From Chrysomallon squamiferum (lineage: Eukaryota; Animalia; Mollusca), in NCBI GenBank assembly GCA_012295275.1, contig CM022671.1, positions 26,288,001-26,352,000 on the forward strand: a stretch of 64,000 nucleotides of DNA, read 5' to 3'. The position numbers and the translations under genes are program-made. Below the pieces are notes generated by a model that had not been told where the DNA came from, did not search any database, and saw only the letters and a program-made list of their open reading frames with translations. Positions 42,814-55,251 of this stretch are shown here, piece after piece. Positions within the stretch are counted from its first letter, which is position 1, and each line of letters starts with the position of its first letter.

Positions 42814-42972
42814 TGTGAATGCTGCATATAAAAATAGAAAATAAATATAAGCTGACTGAAAAGAGTATTCCATGAAATTGCAATGACAGATTTTCTTTCT
42901 TGTTGTGTTAAGAGTTCTTAACCAGATGTTCCAAGCTATATAATTATTAAATTAAAATGTGCTGAATGTTAC
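42814..42972 (+). mobile_element. Decayed SINE, core end and 3' tail
   Basis: gctgcatataaaa...gaaaagagtattccatgaaattg...ttcttaaccagatg...taaaatgtgctgaatg resembles the 3' half of the same SINE family (recall-based). Confidence 0.5.
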
Positions 42973-43654
42973 ATACTGCTAAACAGGAAGAAGAAAGTAA
43001 CATACATACAATAATAATTTAAAAAATAGAGTTGTCTGTAAAAGATATAATTTTAAAGTATTTAGCATAATATATATTTTAAGGAAATTAAAAAAACAAT
43101 AATAAACTTTTCATTTTATTTTTATAAAGCATATCTTTCTTTCTTTTTTTTTTTCATAAGCATGTATTTTGCTTTCTTGCTTAAACTGTACAAATGCCTG
43201 ACTTGCGTTATATAAACTGATACGAATACTATTCCAAAGCTTAATATTATTCTTACCAATGACTTATATCTTATCTCGTGTGTTTATAACCACCATACAT
43301 CTCTGAGTATTTATTTCTGACTCAAACCAGATGTGTTTTATAATGTTTAAAGAAAAAGAAGAAAAAGAAAACGGAAAATATGCAATAAGTAGGGCAATGA
43401 GAATCAAAGTGGACAGTAACCGACAATTTAACTCTGATTAAAGATTATTAATATTTATCTAAGTCAATAGCTGCCTTCATCTGGCAAGCAAAACAAATAA
43501 AATTAGATTGTTAATGTTATTTAAATGTATAATAAATATCATTCTGTGTTTCCATTTCCTATTTTTTTTATGTTTATTATGTAGGACTGCCTAACAATTT
43601 GGCTGTCTAAAGTAATTACAAGAAAATGTTAGTGGCCTTCTATTGTTATTGATT

Positions 43655-43872
43655 GCAAGATCAGTTCCCCATCAGTGCTTATTGTAGACTGTTTCCCGGT
43701 TCACTCATTGCTCCATGACTGGTTTATCAAAGCCTGTGATATTTGATCTCCTGTCTATGGGTAGGTGTAAATGAAAAATACCTTTTATGCTACTTGTTAA
43801 GACTCATAATTATTGCCCAAATCTGTTAATTTGATGACTTAATGAATGTTAATATTAAAATGTGTTGTGTTA
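43655..43872 (+). mobile_element. Decayed SINE (Meta-SINE-like core)
   Basis: Contains ctccatgactggtttatcaaagcctgtgatatttgatctcctgtctatgggtaggtgtaaat. The motif atgactggtttat-aaag recurs near 51312. Confidence 0.6.
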
Positions 43873-44666
43873 TTAATTTTTATAAGTCAGTTTCTAATTA
43901 TTCTTGTGATAAATAAATAAATAAATAACTTTATTATTGTTGTTTTTTAAATTTTCCTTAAAATATATTTTAATACTTTAAAATTACATTTTTTAAATAT
44001 ATATACATATATTTTTTTTTACAGACAACTCCAGTTTTCCTGTTATTATTGTCTTTCTGTATGTTACTTTCTTCTTCCTGTATAGCAGTGTGTAACCAGA
44101 TTGAAACTTCGTTAGTAACCAGGTTTAAAACAAGTGAACTAATGATTACTGAATGCTGCCTGTTCTATAATTGGAAACTTAGACTGAAATTGTCACTGGT
44201 TTCTATCAGTTCACAGCTAATTCTTACTAAATTGCATGGCTTTCTTTTAACCCTAGGAGAACACAAAGTTGATATAAAAATTGTTTTGTCTAACTTGAGT
44301 GCTTGTGGTCAACTAAGAAGAAACAGGAAAAGAAGAAGAAACATTTTGAATTTAGAGCTGTATGTCAGACACTATTGTAACAAGGGAGCAAATGCACTGT
44401 TTACTATATTTGATTACATTTCTTTCTTTCTTTTGTTTAATTAGTAGGAAAATAGACATACAAACAAATAAATGTGTTTGATAAACAAGTGAAAAGATAA
44501 TTGCCGGCTTTTAAAATAGCAGACAGTCATCAGTGAAGAAAAAACATGAAATATCACCGTGAGTTTTTCCACAACTTGTTTGCAGAATTTCAGTGGCACA
44601 ATTATTTTAAATAACACTAAACATCCTGTTTTTTGTTTTTCAGTTATTTTCCCCATGATTATTGTC

Positions 44667-44724
<58 letters not shown>

Positions 44725-45510
44725 TCTATATTATTATTAATTCATGGAATACATCTTAATGTGGATTATTAAAATATATATAAAAGACAGTGTCAAAATA
44801 TTTGTTGTAAGTGATAAGTGATGTCAGAAGCACTCACGTCAGAAAGACATTAACTTATATGTTAAGATATCTTTAATCCACAGGACATTCACACTAGCAA
44901 CAGGACCATTTTATAACCTAATGGTTAATATTCACTCAGTGACAAAGAGGGTCTTATATCAATAACCAGATTTTCATTAACATTAATGCTTAAACCGTGC
45001 ATACATCTAGAGTTCAGCAATTTGATGCAAATGGGCAATAAATATTTGTTCCTTATTAATGTGTGCATTGGCAGATATCCAGGCTTTAATTCCCATTTTA
45101 ACATCTGGTGTGACGGAATATGACAAATTGCAGGAGTCTGAGTGGATATTATCTACAGTAAATAAGACATTCTGGTGCAGTTGCACTTTTATCATTGACG
45201 CCTAACATGGATGCACATCCCAGTATGTTTGGATATTAGTATTAGATTATTATATAGTCATACTGATTATGATGTGTAATCTATATGTGTGTGTGTGTCT
45301 GCGTATATATATGTGTGTGTGTGTGTGTGTGTGAAGAATGTATGTGTATATCTGTGCATGCGTGTGTGTACATCTGTATTTTCAGTTTCTTAACATGTAC
45401 AAACTAAAGAAAACTTTCATCAGTATGAAAACAAATTTCTAAAATTAATTTTCAAAATTGTTCTGTCCATTGTTCATCCATTACTTTAATACATGATTGC
45501 AAACAGGCAT

Positions 45511-45554
<44 letters not shown>

Positions 45555-48500
45555 ACAGACATACATACATACACTTGTACAATCATAAAATCAGTTTTAA
45601 AAAGAGAATTAAACTTTTGTTGATTTTTTAATATAACACTGGTATTAGATTTTTCTAAGATTAATTTTAAGAATACCTACATCCATCCATCTATCTGCCA
45701 GACTCTTGCACTTAAAATTAAAACAACAATAATAACAATAATTATACCAATAATGCCTGTATTATCTATAAAATTTTATTTTTAAAATTGCTTTTGGAAA
45801 CGTCATTAAAACATTCACAAGTTGTTATAGAAACATCCCCTGTGAGACAGATACCAGTGAGTAAACTCCTACAGTTAATGACAGGATCTGTGTCCACTCT
45901 CTTAATACTGATTTTCATAAGCCTATTGATTTCCTCTACACTGTGTGAATTGCTTCTTTAAACACATATAATAACACTTATTCAAACACTGCAATGGATT
46001 TCATTTAGCATCGGCTGATTTAAACATTAGACAGATGATTAATATTCTTCATGCTGAACAAATTATTATGGTAATTTGTGTTAATAATTAATTTTAGTGC
46101 CCAATTTTATTGCTTTTTCATAATAAAAACAAATTTATATTTAATATTATAGAGGCATTTTATTTATTTTTTGGTTTGTGTGGGTTTTTTTTTTTGGTGT
46201 GTCAGTTTATTTTATTTTTTAATTATTTCAACATGTTCTTATTTCTTTTACACAGTACTACAGAAGCCATTTTTCTTTTTCAACAGTAATCTTTATTTGT
46301 TAACATTTATTACCTGGCATGGACTGGGAATTTTGTTTAATATTTTGTTTCTGAACTTCAGACATATTTTCAAAGTCAGATCACGACACTGCATGTATTG
46401 ATTACACTGGGCTCTTGAAATGACAGACCTGTTGTTTTCTACAGAAAATATTTCAGCTATTCTCTCTCACGTAACAGTGAGAAGATGTAGTCTCGCTATT
46501 CAAAATGTGTGCAGTATTGCCAGTTCATTAACCTTTTTCACAAAGGCACCAACAATATCTGATCTGACAGACCACACAGCTTTTGTGTCAAGGTGTATCA
46601 TCACAATCAGCAATTTTCTCTTCCCACACGATTACCAATTTGTTTCCACATTGCTTCTCAACTCTTAGTCACAGCGTTTGCCTCAGACACAAAAAAGGAA
46701 AAGGACCACATCATTTTGCTGTTTCAGTCCCTGAAGACAGAGAGAAATTTTGTTTTGAAAGAGACAAAACCAGATAACAAATTCCTCCTGGGATATTTCT
46801 CCTCTAACACCCCAAAATGCCAATTAAAGATTAAGTTGGTCTACAATTGGACTGGCTAAATTTGGGTTCCATTTCCAAATGTCTCTTGTCCTGATTGTTT
46901 TTAGGCTGTTTTTGTCGTATTTGTTGCTGTAATTGTGTCAGATAATGGGCTTGCTTCTCTAACAGGACTCGATGTCTTGTGGGGCATAAAATTGAACACA
47001 CTGAATTGATTTGAAAAGTACAGTTATGACATTTCTCCAAACACTTTGTTAGCAAATGAATTCGTTTCTTTACATGTGTGTGTATGTATGTCTGTGTGTG
47101 TTTGTATGTGTCATATACACACAACATACATACGTATACATCTACAAACACATCCACAATCATCAACAACAAAAAAAAAAAATTCTTTATTTGTATTATG
47201 TTCTATATTTTTAAATCATTTTAGAAATACAATTTCTATTTAATAAATTAAGGAAGTGTTGAATACACATCTTATTTCTAGAATAATGAACCATTTTAAA
47301 TGTGTGAATTATAAAAGGAATCACATTGTGCAAATATCAAAATATAATAAAACATTAAGCCATTATAATGAATGATTTCATATTCCGCAGCAGTGAAATA
47401 ATAACATTCTAAGAACTTCTCTTTTTCAATGGATACAAATAAAGGTTTTTATTGATATTAAATAGGTATAATAAAATAATTTTAGAAAATCAAAACAACA
47501 TATAAACCAAAAAAATCCAATCCAAAATAGACATCTATCCCCTCTCAGAAATGAGATATTAAATAATACCACAGATTTAAAACAATTTATTTATTATAAT
47601 GTTTTTACTGTTAGAGCAGAACCATCATTCGTGCTGTTAGCATGACCCAGGACACTTTAACATCACCAGACTTGATGATGGTTGAGGAAATCTTCATAGT
47701 CATTTGTTTTAACAGTTTGATTCTCACAATAAAAAAGAATTAATAATCACATTCTAAAAAAACAATTTTATCATTTTTCAATTTCATTTTATTTTAACAA
47801 TTTCCCCATTGTAGTTGGCACACAGGGCAACCCGCAAAGCTGTCAGTAGCTATAACTGTTCCTGTGTTTTGGTGTGTATAATTGGTAAAAAAATATATGC
47901 ATTCAGTAGCGATACACTTACATTTCACATCTAAATGTTGAAATAAACAATGTGTTTGACAAAGCACAGAGAATCAGTATTATAAACTGATATTTGAATT
48001 TAAGAAATGTTGCAGAATAACATTATTATTTAATTTAATGGCATATGTAGTAATAACAACAAATTTTTTTGTTCATTTAACTGTCTTCGGCATCTTATAA
48101 ATTTGTTATATAACACAAAGTGACGTAAAATTTTAGAATTTATTTATTGAAAAAGTTGAAAACAATAATAAAAAATAAAAATAGAAACAATATCAATAAA
48201 TAAATACAAATTAACTATGAATTCATCTTGATGATGTAATAGAAGGCAGCAAACAGTTTAATAAAATAGGGAAATAGATTTATTTATTTTCATCTGTATT
48301 TATTTAAAAATGATAAATATTTCCATTCAAAATTGTTTTGTCTTGACATCATGGCTATTAATTTCAAACAGTTTTTATAATGTAATGTTCTTTACTTTCT
48401 CAACATTTATTGAAAAAAAAAAAAAAATGTATAAAAAATAAAATATAGATTTTAAAAATGGTAAATTCACTCACCTCTGACCGGGTATATATCCATTGCT

Positions 48501-48907
48501 GTACATGTTATTTAAATTTGACGAACAATGCACTTTCATCATTGTATGAACAAAAACATATAATTTTGTGTCAAATGACACAGCACACTTCAATTCTGTA
48601 AAGTGAACTCAAAATTTATTCCATTTCCATCAACAGAAAACAATTTTGAGAGCGAAACAGTAACAGACAAAAGAAGAAGAAGAAGAAAAAAAAATCAACA
48701 GAAAACAATTTTCCTTTTCCGAGAGCATTATGAGAAAAATAATAGAAGAAGGAGAAAAAACCCTGTCCATTGTGAAATGTAACAAACTGTAAGAATAGTT
48801 AACATTTCTGCTAGAAGTTGATCAAGTCTTCAGACTTCTCCCTCTGTGTGTGTGTGTGTGTCTGTGTGTGGGTGTGCCATTTATCGAATGTTGTACAGTG
48901 CAGTGCT

Positions 48908-48938
<31 letters not shown>

Positions 48939-49589
48939 TGAAATTCTGACATGATAATTTAACTTTTCCCTTGTGTGTAGATGTTAAGCACACCACTTAC
49001 ACTGTCTTACGACATTTGTGACAAGCCATAATGGGTTTGTTCTCCTTCATTAATGGACTTTGTTGATGATCATAATTGTTTAAACATCCTCATTGCATTC
49101 TGGAATAATAATACTTGACGTTCCGTAATTCACTTCGGACTATTATTAGAAAGAAGCAAAAAAGAAAGAAAGAAAGAAAAAAATAAAATAAAATAGAGAG
49201 GACTATTTCATTAGGGACATGTTGATGTAAATTATTTTTATTATATTTTTATTTTTGTAATATATTTATTTACCATCGCAATATTTTGTACTGCCAAAAT
49301 TCTTGCTTTTAAATGGTATTTAAATTTTAAAAATGTTTTGTTTAAAAAATTTGTTGTTTGAAAACTATTAAATGCTGGTTTTAAAAAAAAAATAAAAAAA
49401 ATAAAAAAATTGTTTTTTTGTCAAGAAAGAATGAAAAATGCTTTTAAGAACTGTGAGTCATTAACAATAATAAGTATTCACATTTTTAAAAATTTAATTA
49501 TCCTGTTTACTGTGCAGAGATTATTTTATATCACTGTTAGTGAAACAAAATGAATACAGAAGTTGATCACCAAAAACAAGAATAATAAC

Positions 49590-49775
49590 AAATATAAATA
49601 AAATAAGATAAGATAAAATAAAATAAATAAAATATAATAAAATATAATAAAATAACATAAATAAATAACATAAATAACATAATAACATAACATATAACAT
49701 AACATAACATAACATAATATAATATAATATCATAACATAATATAATATAATATAATATAATATAATATAATATAA
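49590..49775. repeat. Pentanucleotide low-complexity array (ATAAA / ACATA / ATATA)n
   Basis: Directly visible. Source of the I/L/Y-rich minus-strand ORFs. Confidence 0.9.
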
Positions 49776-51280
49776 AATTAAATAAAGTAAAGATTTTCAG
49801 TAGTAAGGAAATATTGAACATGTAATTTTATTTCAAAAGAAATATATATGTGCAAACTTGGATGTTTTACTTAATTAATTAATTAATTAATTTTTTGTTG
49901 TATTTATTTGTGTAAACTAAAGAAATAAAAATGTTATTCCTTTCAATGAAAATAGTCTTATTCTTAATTATGTCATACAAAGATGCCAGTTTAATAAAAA
50001 TTGGTGTCATTTCTTTTAAAAGGAAAAAAGGAACTTAAAAGTATAACATTTATATATATATACCTGTATTTATATATATATATATATATTACACCTGTAT
50101 TTATATATATATATATAGCATGTCTGAGTTCAGAATAGCAAACCACTTGACAAATTCATTCTAACAAAGCTGTTTTCACTGAAAGAAGTAACATTCTGAG
50201 AAAATTCAAACAATAAGCAGTCATTAGTAGTTATTGACAAATATAAACATAAAACATGAGCTGGTTTAGATAAATAACACAGAAAACACATTTAATTTTC
50301 AAAAAAATATTAAATTCATCTTGTTACAATAACTATTAAAATACATATTAAAAAGATTACATTAAAAAAGCTCTTTTTTTCTTGTCCTCTTTTTCTTTTT
50401 TTCTGTTTAAAATGTTTAAAAAGTCTTCAGAAATGCCTGTTTATAAAATAGAAAATTTGTTGCTTTAAAAATAGCTTATTTATAAATATTTCTACCTTAC
50501 CAGTATTAAAAGAAATTCTCCAAGGTCATAGAACATTGTTTTTATTCTTTCCTTTCATCTTCTTTGATGTCCTTTGTCCATGTGGACAAATCTTTAATTA
50601 TACACATAGATATATATATATATACATTCATTTTTCACAAACTGCTCTTCTTGTACAGTTTATATTTCTTTGTATCAACCACATCTGTTTTAAATCCTTT
50701 CAACAAGCTCACGGTTTTTATTTTGTATGTGTTTTTTACCAAGTTTTCCTCTCTCTTTTTTTTTTCATTTCAACTAATGAGTATATTAATTTTTTTGGTG
50801 TTCTTTTTATTTATCTGCTTTGTAGTTTTTATTGTCTTTAGAGTTCAGTGTTTTAGTGTTTATCTCTTTTTCTTCATGGTCGAAAAATGGTCTACCAAGA
50901 TGAGAAACAAATAGTCTTGTAAATAGCTTGAAGAAGATGTCCAAATGTTTGCATCCAGACATCAGTTTGGGCAGAAGATGCTCATTTTATGTGGGCAACA
51001 GCTGTGAAAATCCTTTTAGCATGCTACTCAAAGCAGCCGATTATTAATCTGTGGGTGTAAGTTGTTATTAACATTTTTTCCATTACTGAAGTGTTCTTGT
51101 ATGCCTGTCTTGGACACAGCAGGACTTCGTCAGGAAGCTTGTGTCCAAGGCAAGTGTTATGAATGTGATTTGTTCCAGTTTGTTTATTAGAAGATTAAAA
51201 AAGATATGTATTGGTCTTACACCAGAGTGATCCATGATTCAGCTATAGATTCTTGTCAGTTTTCTTCCATGTTCCTATAA

Positions 51281-51418
51281 ATATTTTTCCCACTTCAGCC
51301 TGTTCCCCTCTATGACTGGTTTATTAAAGGGTCAGGTATCGCAAAAACCTTTTGAGAAAAAATCTATTGCTGTTAATTAATAAGCATATCTCTTGTGGCA
51401 GTATCAGGTTTCATCTCT
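51281..51418 (+). mobile_element. Decayed SINE fragment
   Basis: ttcagcctgttcccctctatgactggtttattaaagg aligns with the 43655 copy. Confidence 0.5.
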
Positions 51419-51987
51419 TTTTTTATTATTATTAAAAAAAATAATATCTAAAAATAAATAAATAAACCATTTTGTCTTTGAAATTTAATAAAGGTTAATA
51501 TAATTGATGTTTTGATGTACTTTAAATATTTAGAGTTAAATATCCTTAGCTACCTCTTCTTCATAGTGCTACAGGATTTAAACCAGTATATTGACCAGTT
51601 TTAAGAAGGTTTTAAGCACAGTACATTGAATCTTATGCTTCCAATCATTTAAGTAGCAGTGATATATCTGGGATAATAACCCAGTTTTTAAAGGAATCCT
51701 CAGACCAGATACTGTGCTGCTGTCTCTCTTCAGTGATACAGAAGTCATCATTATTGCTTAACATGAACAAATACATTGGTCTGTTTAGTTCATGAAACCA
51801 TAAAAAATGTCATGGATTTATTATAACCTCTTGTAACAACATCCAAAACTGGTCACAGTTGGAATTTTTAGTGACTATTTCTTTAACAAAAACATAGATC
51901 AGATTTCATTCAGGTCTGTGACTTTTTACTGATGTATCCAAAATTCTCAATTTTCGCACACAAAAATCATTTTGGGATTTTAAAAAC

Positions 51988-52040
<53 letters not shown>

Positions 52041-53431
52041 TTGTTGTTATTATTATTAATATTTCAGGATCTGTCTGAAGCTTGGTTCATTTTGTCAATA
52101 CCAAGTCATATTTTCTGTTGAACCAATATAACAATGCACTTGTTGTTCTATCCTGACTCAGACACATGTTTATTTTTAAGTCTTACTCTCAGATTTGAGT
52201 GCAAGACCAAGCACAGTTCATTCAAAAAGTTGCCAGCATGGCAGACATATGTATGATTCTCTGATCATGATGCTAGCCTGACATAGTTTGATTACCACTG
52301 ATTGTTGATGTGATCATGTCTTATAAAAGTGATGATAAAACATAGAATCTGAAATAATTTTCTATCCCAAACCAGTGCCATAAAATTGTTTTCAAGACAG
52401 CAACAAATTTTATCTAAATTTTATAAACATTTCAGTATATTAAAAAAAAAAGATTATGGGAAGACCCTTAGAGTCTGGAATAAATCAGTGCCTTGTATCT
52501 TCAGTTATCTTTCACTGCTTATCCAAATATAGTTTTGAAATTAGGTTTAATTGGGTGTTTTTTTTGTTTTTTGTGGGGTTTTTTTTAGTTTTCAAGTTAT
52601 TTCTTTTATTAATTTATAGATAAACAAATATTTATTATTGTTACCAATTTTAGAACTATATATAAAAAAAAAATTATTTTCTTTTTTCTACCACCACATC
52701 CATATCAGACTTGCTTTCCTGCCCAGTGTGCAGCAATTAATTTAACATCAAACTAAATCTCTTCAGAAAAAACTCCTGTGAGACATTAAAATTAACTGTG
52801 TGAAGAATGATGTGGAACATATCTTTATCATACAGTTACGAGTGTGGTATGAGCTTTATTAATGCAGTGTGTCTAATTTTAGTAAACCCTACTTGTGAAA
52901 CATTCCAGTTTTTAGTAGCTCACAGAAGTCTGGTATTTAATTTTTTTTTTTTTTTTTTTTTTACACTAAAAAACATTATTTTATTGTTAGATTTATAAAT
53001 ATATTACAGCTAAACTTTCTTCTTATATCTATTATTTTTAAATAGGAAATTTAGATGATGGAATCACAGTAACCTGGTATCAGTCCTTCATTAATATGCC
53101 TTTTTGCTTTTTTTTACCAATCCAACCAGTGATCGTGGTACATATGACCTGTCACATCCAGCCAGGTCTTATGTTGCACATTGAGCTTTAAACAACATCT
53201 ACAGAGTTACACAAAAGATTTTCTGTTTTGATATTTTGTTAAAATTTTCTGAGAAAATGAGAGAATCCTTTTTTTTCTTTTTTTTTAGCCAGCACATTTA
53301 TTTTTGCACAAAGCAAGGAAATACAGGATTGAATTGGATGTCAAAATGAAGTTTATGGAATCAGGAATCATAAAGTCCAGTCAGACAAAATGTGACTTAA
53401 GACTTTGTGAAGAGTTTCACAAGTTTTTGTT

Positions 53432-53480
53432 ACTGTGGAAAGGTGCACATAAAAGATCCCTTGATATTGATGGGAAATTG
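53432..53480 (+). mobile_element. Short SINE core fragment
   Basis: ctgtggaaaggtgcacataaaagatcccttgatattgatgg matches the recalled core ctgtgggatggtgcatataaaagatcccttgctgctaat. Confidence 0.5.
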
Positions 53481-54048
53481 TATTGTGTTAATATGATAAA
53501 TATTGTAATTTATTTATTTTTTATTTTTTTTATTTTTTTGTTTGTTTGTTTGTTTGTTTGTTTATTTTGTGCTTGTGTAAGAGTGATAATAAACTTTTAA
53601 TTCTTTCATTTGTTTAATAACAAGAAAATCAAAACATAGAATCTTACCATTTGTTTGATATTCTTTTAAATTTATTTATTTGGTCAAGTCTTTGTTTGTA
53701 TTTTTATGGTGGTTGCCAACTATGAATAATAATGAAAAAAAAAGAGTACAAGCACTGCTTTTTTTTTGTGTTTTTTCAAAAGAAAAATTGTTTAATTTGA
53801 TGGACATACTGACTGTTGTAAATAAAGAGAGTTGTGAAATCTGATTATTTTGTATATATGTAAACATACAGACACCCAATAATGTTTAATTTGTTTGCTT
53901 TCATAAACATTTGGTTGTCAGCAGCTGTCTTGTATGTCTTTTGGAAATGATTAATAACAATAATAATGTATGTCTATAATCACATACACAACCATACACA
54001 CACAAGTACACACATACACACACTGAAAAAATGCTCAATATAACCCTC

Positions 54049-54104
<56 letters not shown>

Positions 54105-54598
54105 TATATATGAAGAAAAAAACTAACAAAAATTAATCACAAGATTATTTGTTATTATCTAAAAAAAAAGATTATTTTTTTATTTTCAGATGACTAGAAT
54201 TTTTACAATTTAGTAACCAGTTTTAGATTATTTTTTTTCTCTCACAGTAAATTCACTCTGAATATTTGTTTTTACTGCAGCATTTGATAAGCGTGACAAA
54301 ATGTAAACTTTTTGCCAGTTGCATTTACAGATCCCAATATTACATTAAGACGTTGAGTACTTTTGGTGATTGCTTATAGTGGTTACTATTTTGACATCCT
54401 CTGTATTTACAGTGAACATATTAGCAGCCACACTACAGTGAATTTAGAAGATAATCTCAGTATCATTCTTTCATCAGTTCAAGACACAGCCTGGATTTTC
54501 ACTACTTCTACTCTTGTTCACAGATTAACAGTTATATGGCAGTACCCATCATTTTTATGAATTGGCCATGAATTCATATACCAAGTTTATCCACAACA

Positions 54599-54631
<33 letters not shown>

Positions 54632-55160
54632 TGTACACACTCACGTTACACACACACATACAGACTCATAAACACATACATGCACACACACACAAGTTCT
54701 GTATAATTAAAAACATATACAACAAACAAAAACAAAAATTGTTTTGCAGTTAAACAAATATCTATTACATACTTAAATATATACTTAAACATATACATAC
54801 ATACATACATACATATACATACATACATACATACAAAGACAAAAGAAAACAAATACACCCAAACACTCATTAAACACCATAATATATTAAAACAAAATCA
54901 ATTAAGTCAGACTCTATGGCACCAAAATCCCTCAAATTAAATTCATAACTGAATTTTTTTTTACCATAACTTAATAATTATTTCCCCATCATTGGAGTGC
55001 TCTGTAGTTATTAAACATCTTGGCTGTTTTGGACCAAATGTACAAAAACTACAAAAATCCACTCACATAATTGCTATAATTTCTTTGCACCAAGTGAATG
55101 ATAAATCAATAATGTCAATTCTTATTTTTAATACATATTTAACTTTTTAATTTGTTGCAG

Positions 55161-55251
55161 TTTGCTTCCAATTGACAATCTTGAGTTGACTTTGGTTCAC
55201 ATCACACCTGTTGGAGATGAGTCAAGAATCACAGAGAAACCCAAGAAAGAG
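55161..55251 (+). CDS. INTS13: Integrator complex subunit 13 (asunder), internal coding exon, 91 nt
   Basis: Acceptor tttgttgcAG at 55159-55160 and donor GTatgc at 55252. Starts in phase 2, ends in phase 0. Encodes LLPIDNLELTLVHITPVGDESRITEKPKKE, which aligns with human INTS13 LMQIQKCELVLIHTYPVGEDSLVSDRSKKE (recalled from memory, not searched). Confidence 0.93.

Larger units (their letters stand above)
1..55160 (+). other. Probable very large INTS13 intron (5' end outside the window)
   Basis: The exon at 55161 is internal. I found no sequence encoding the preceding INTS13 segment (about DSHVRMLEDCVQETIHEHNKLAANSD) upstream in the window, although a short divergent exon could have been missed by eye. 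Confidence 0.65.

Noticed and set aside
46831-47172. Minus-strand 113-aa ORF with a Gln-rich segment
   Set aside because: The 5' part is microsatellite-derived, there is no recognisable domain, and I found no phase-compatible partner exon giving a long product.
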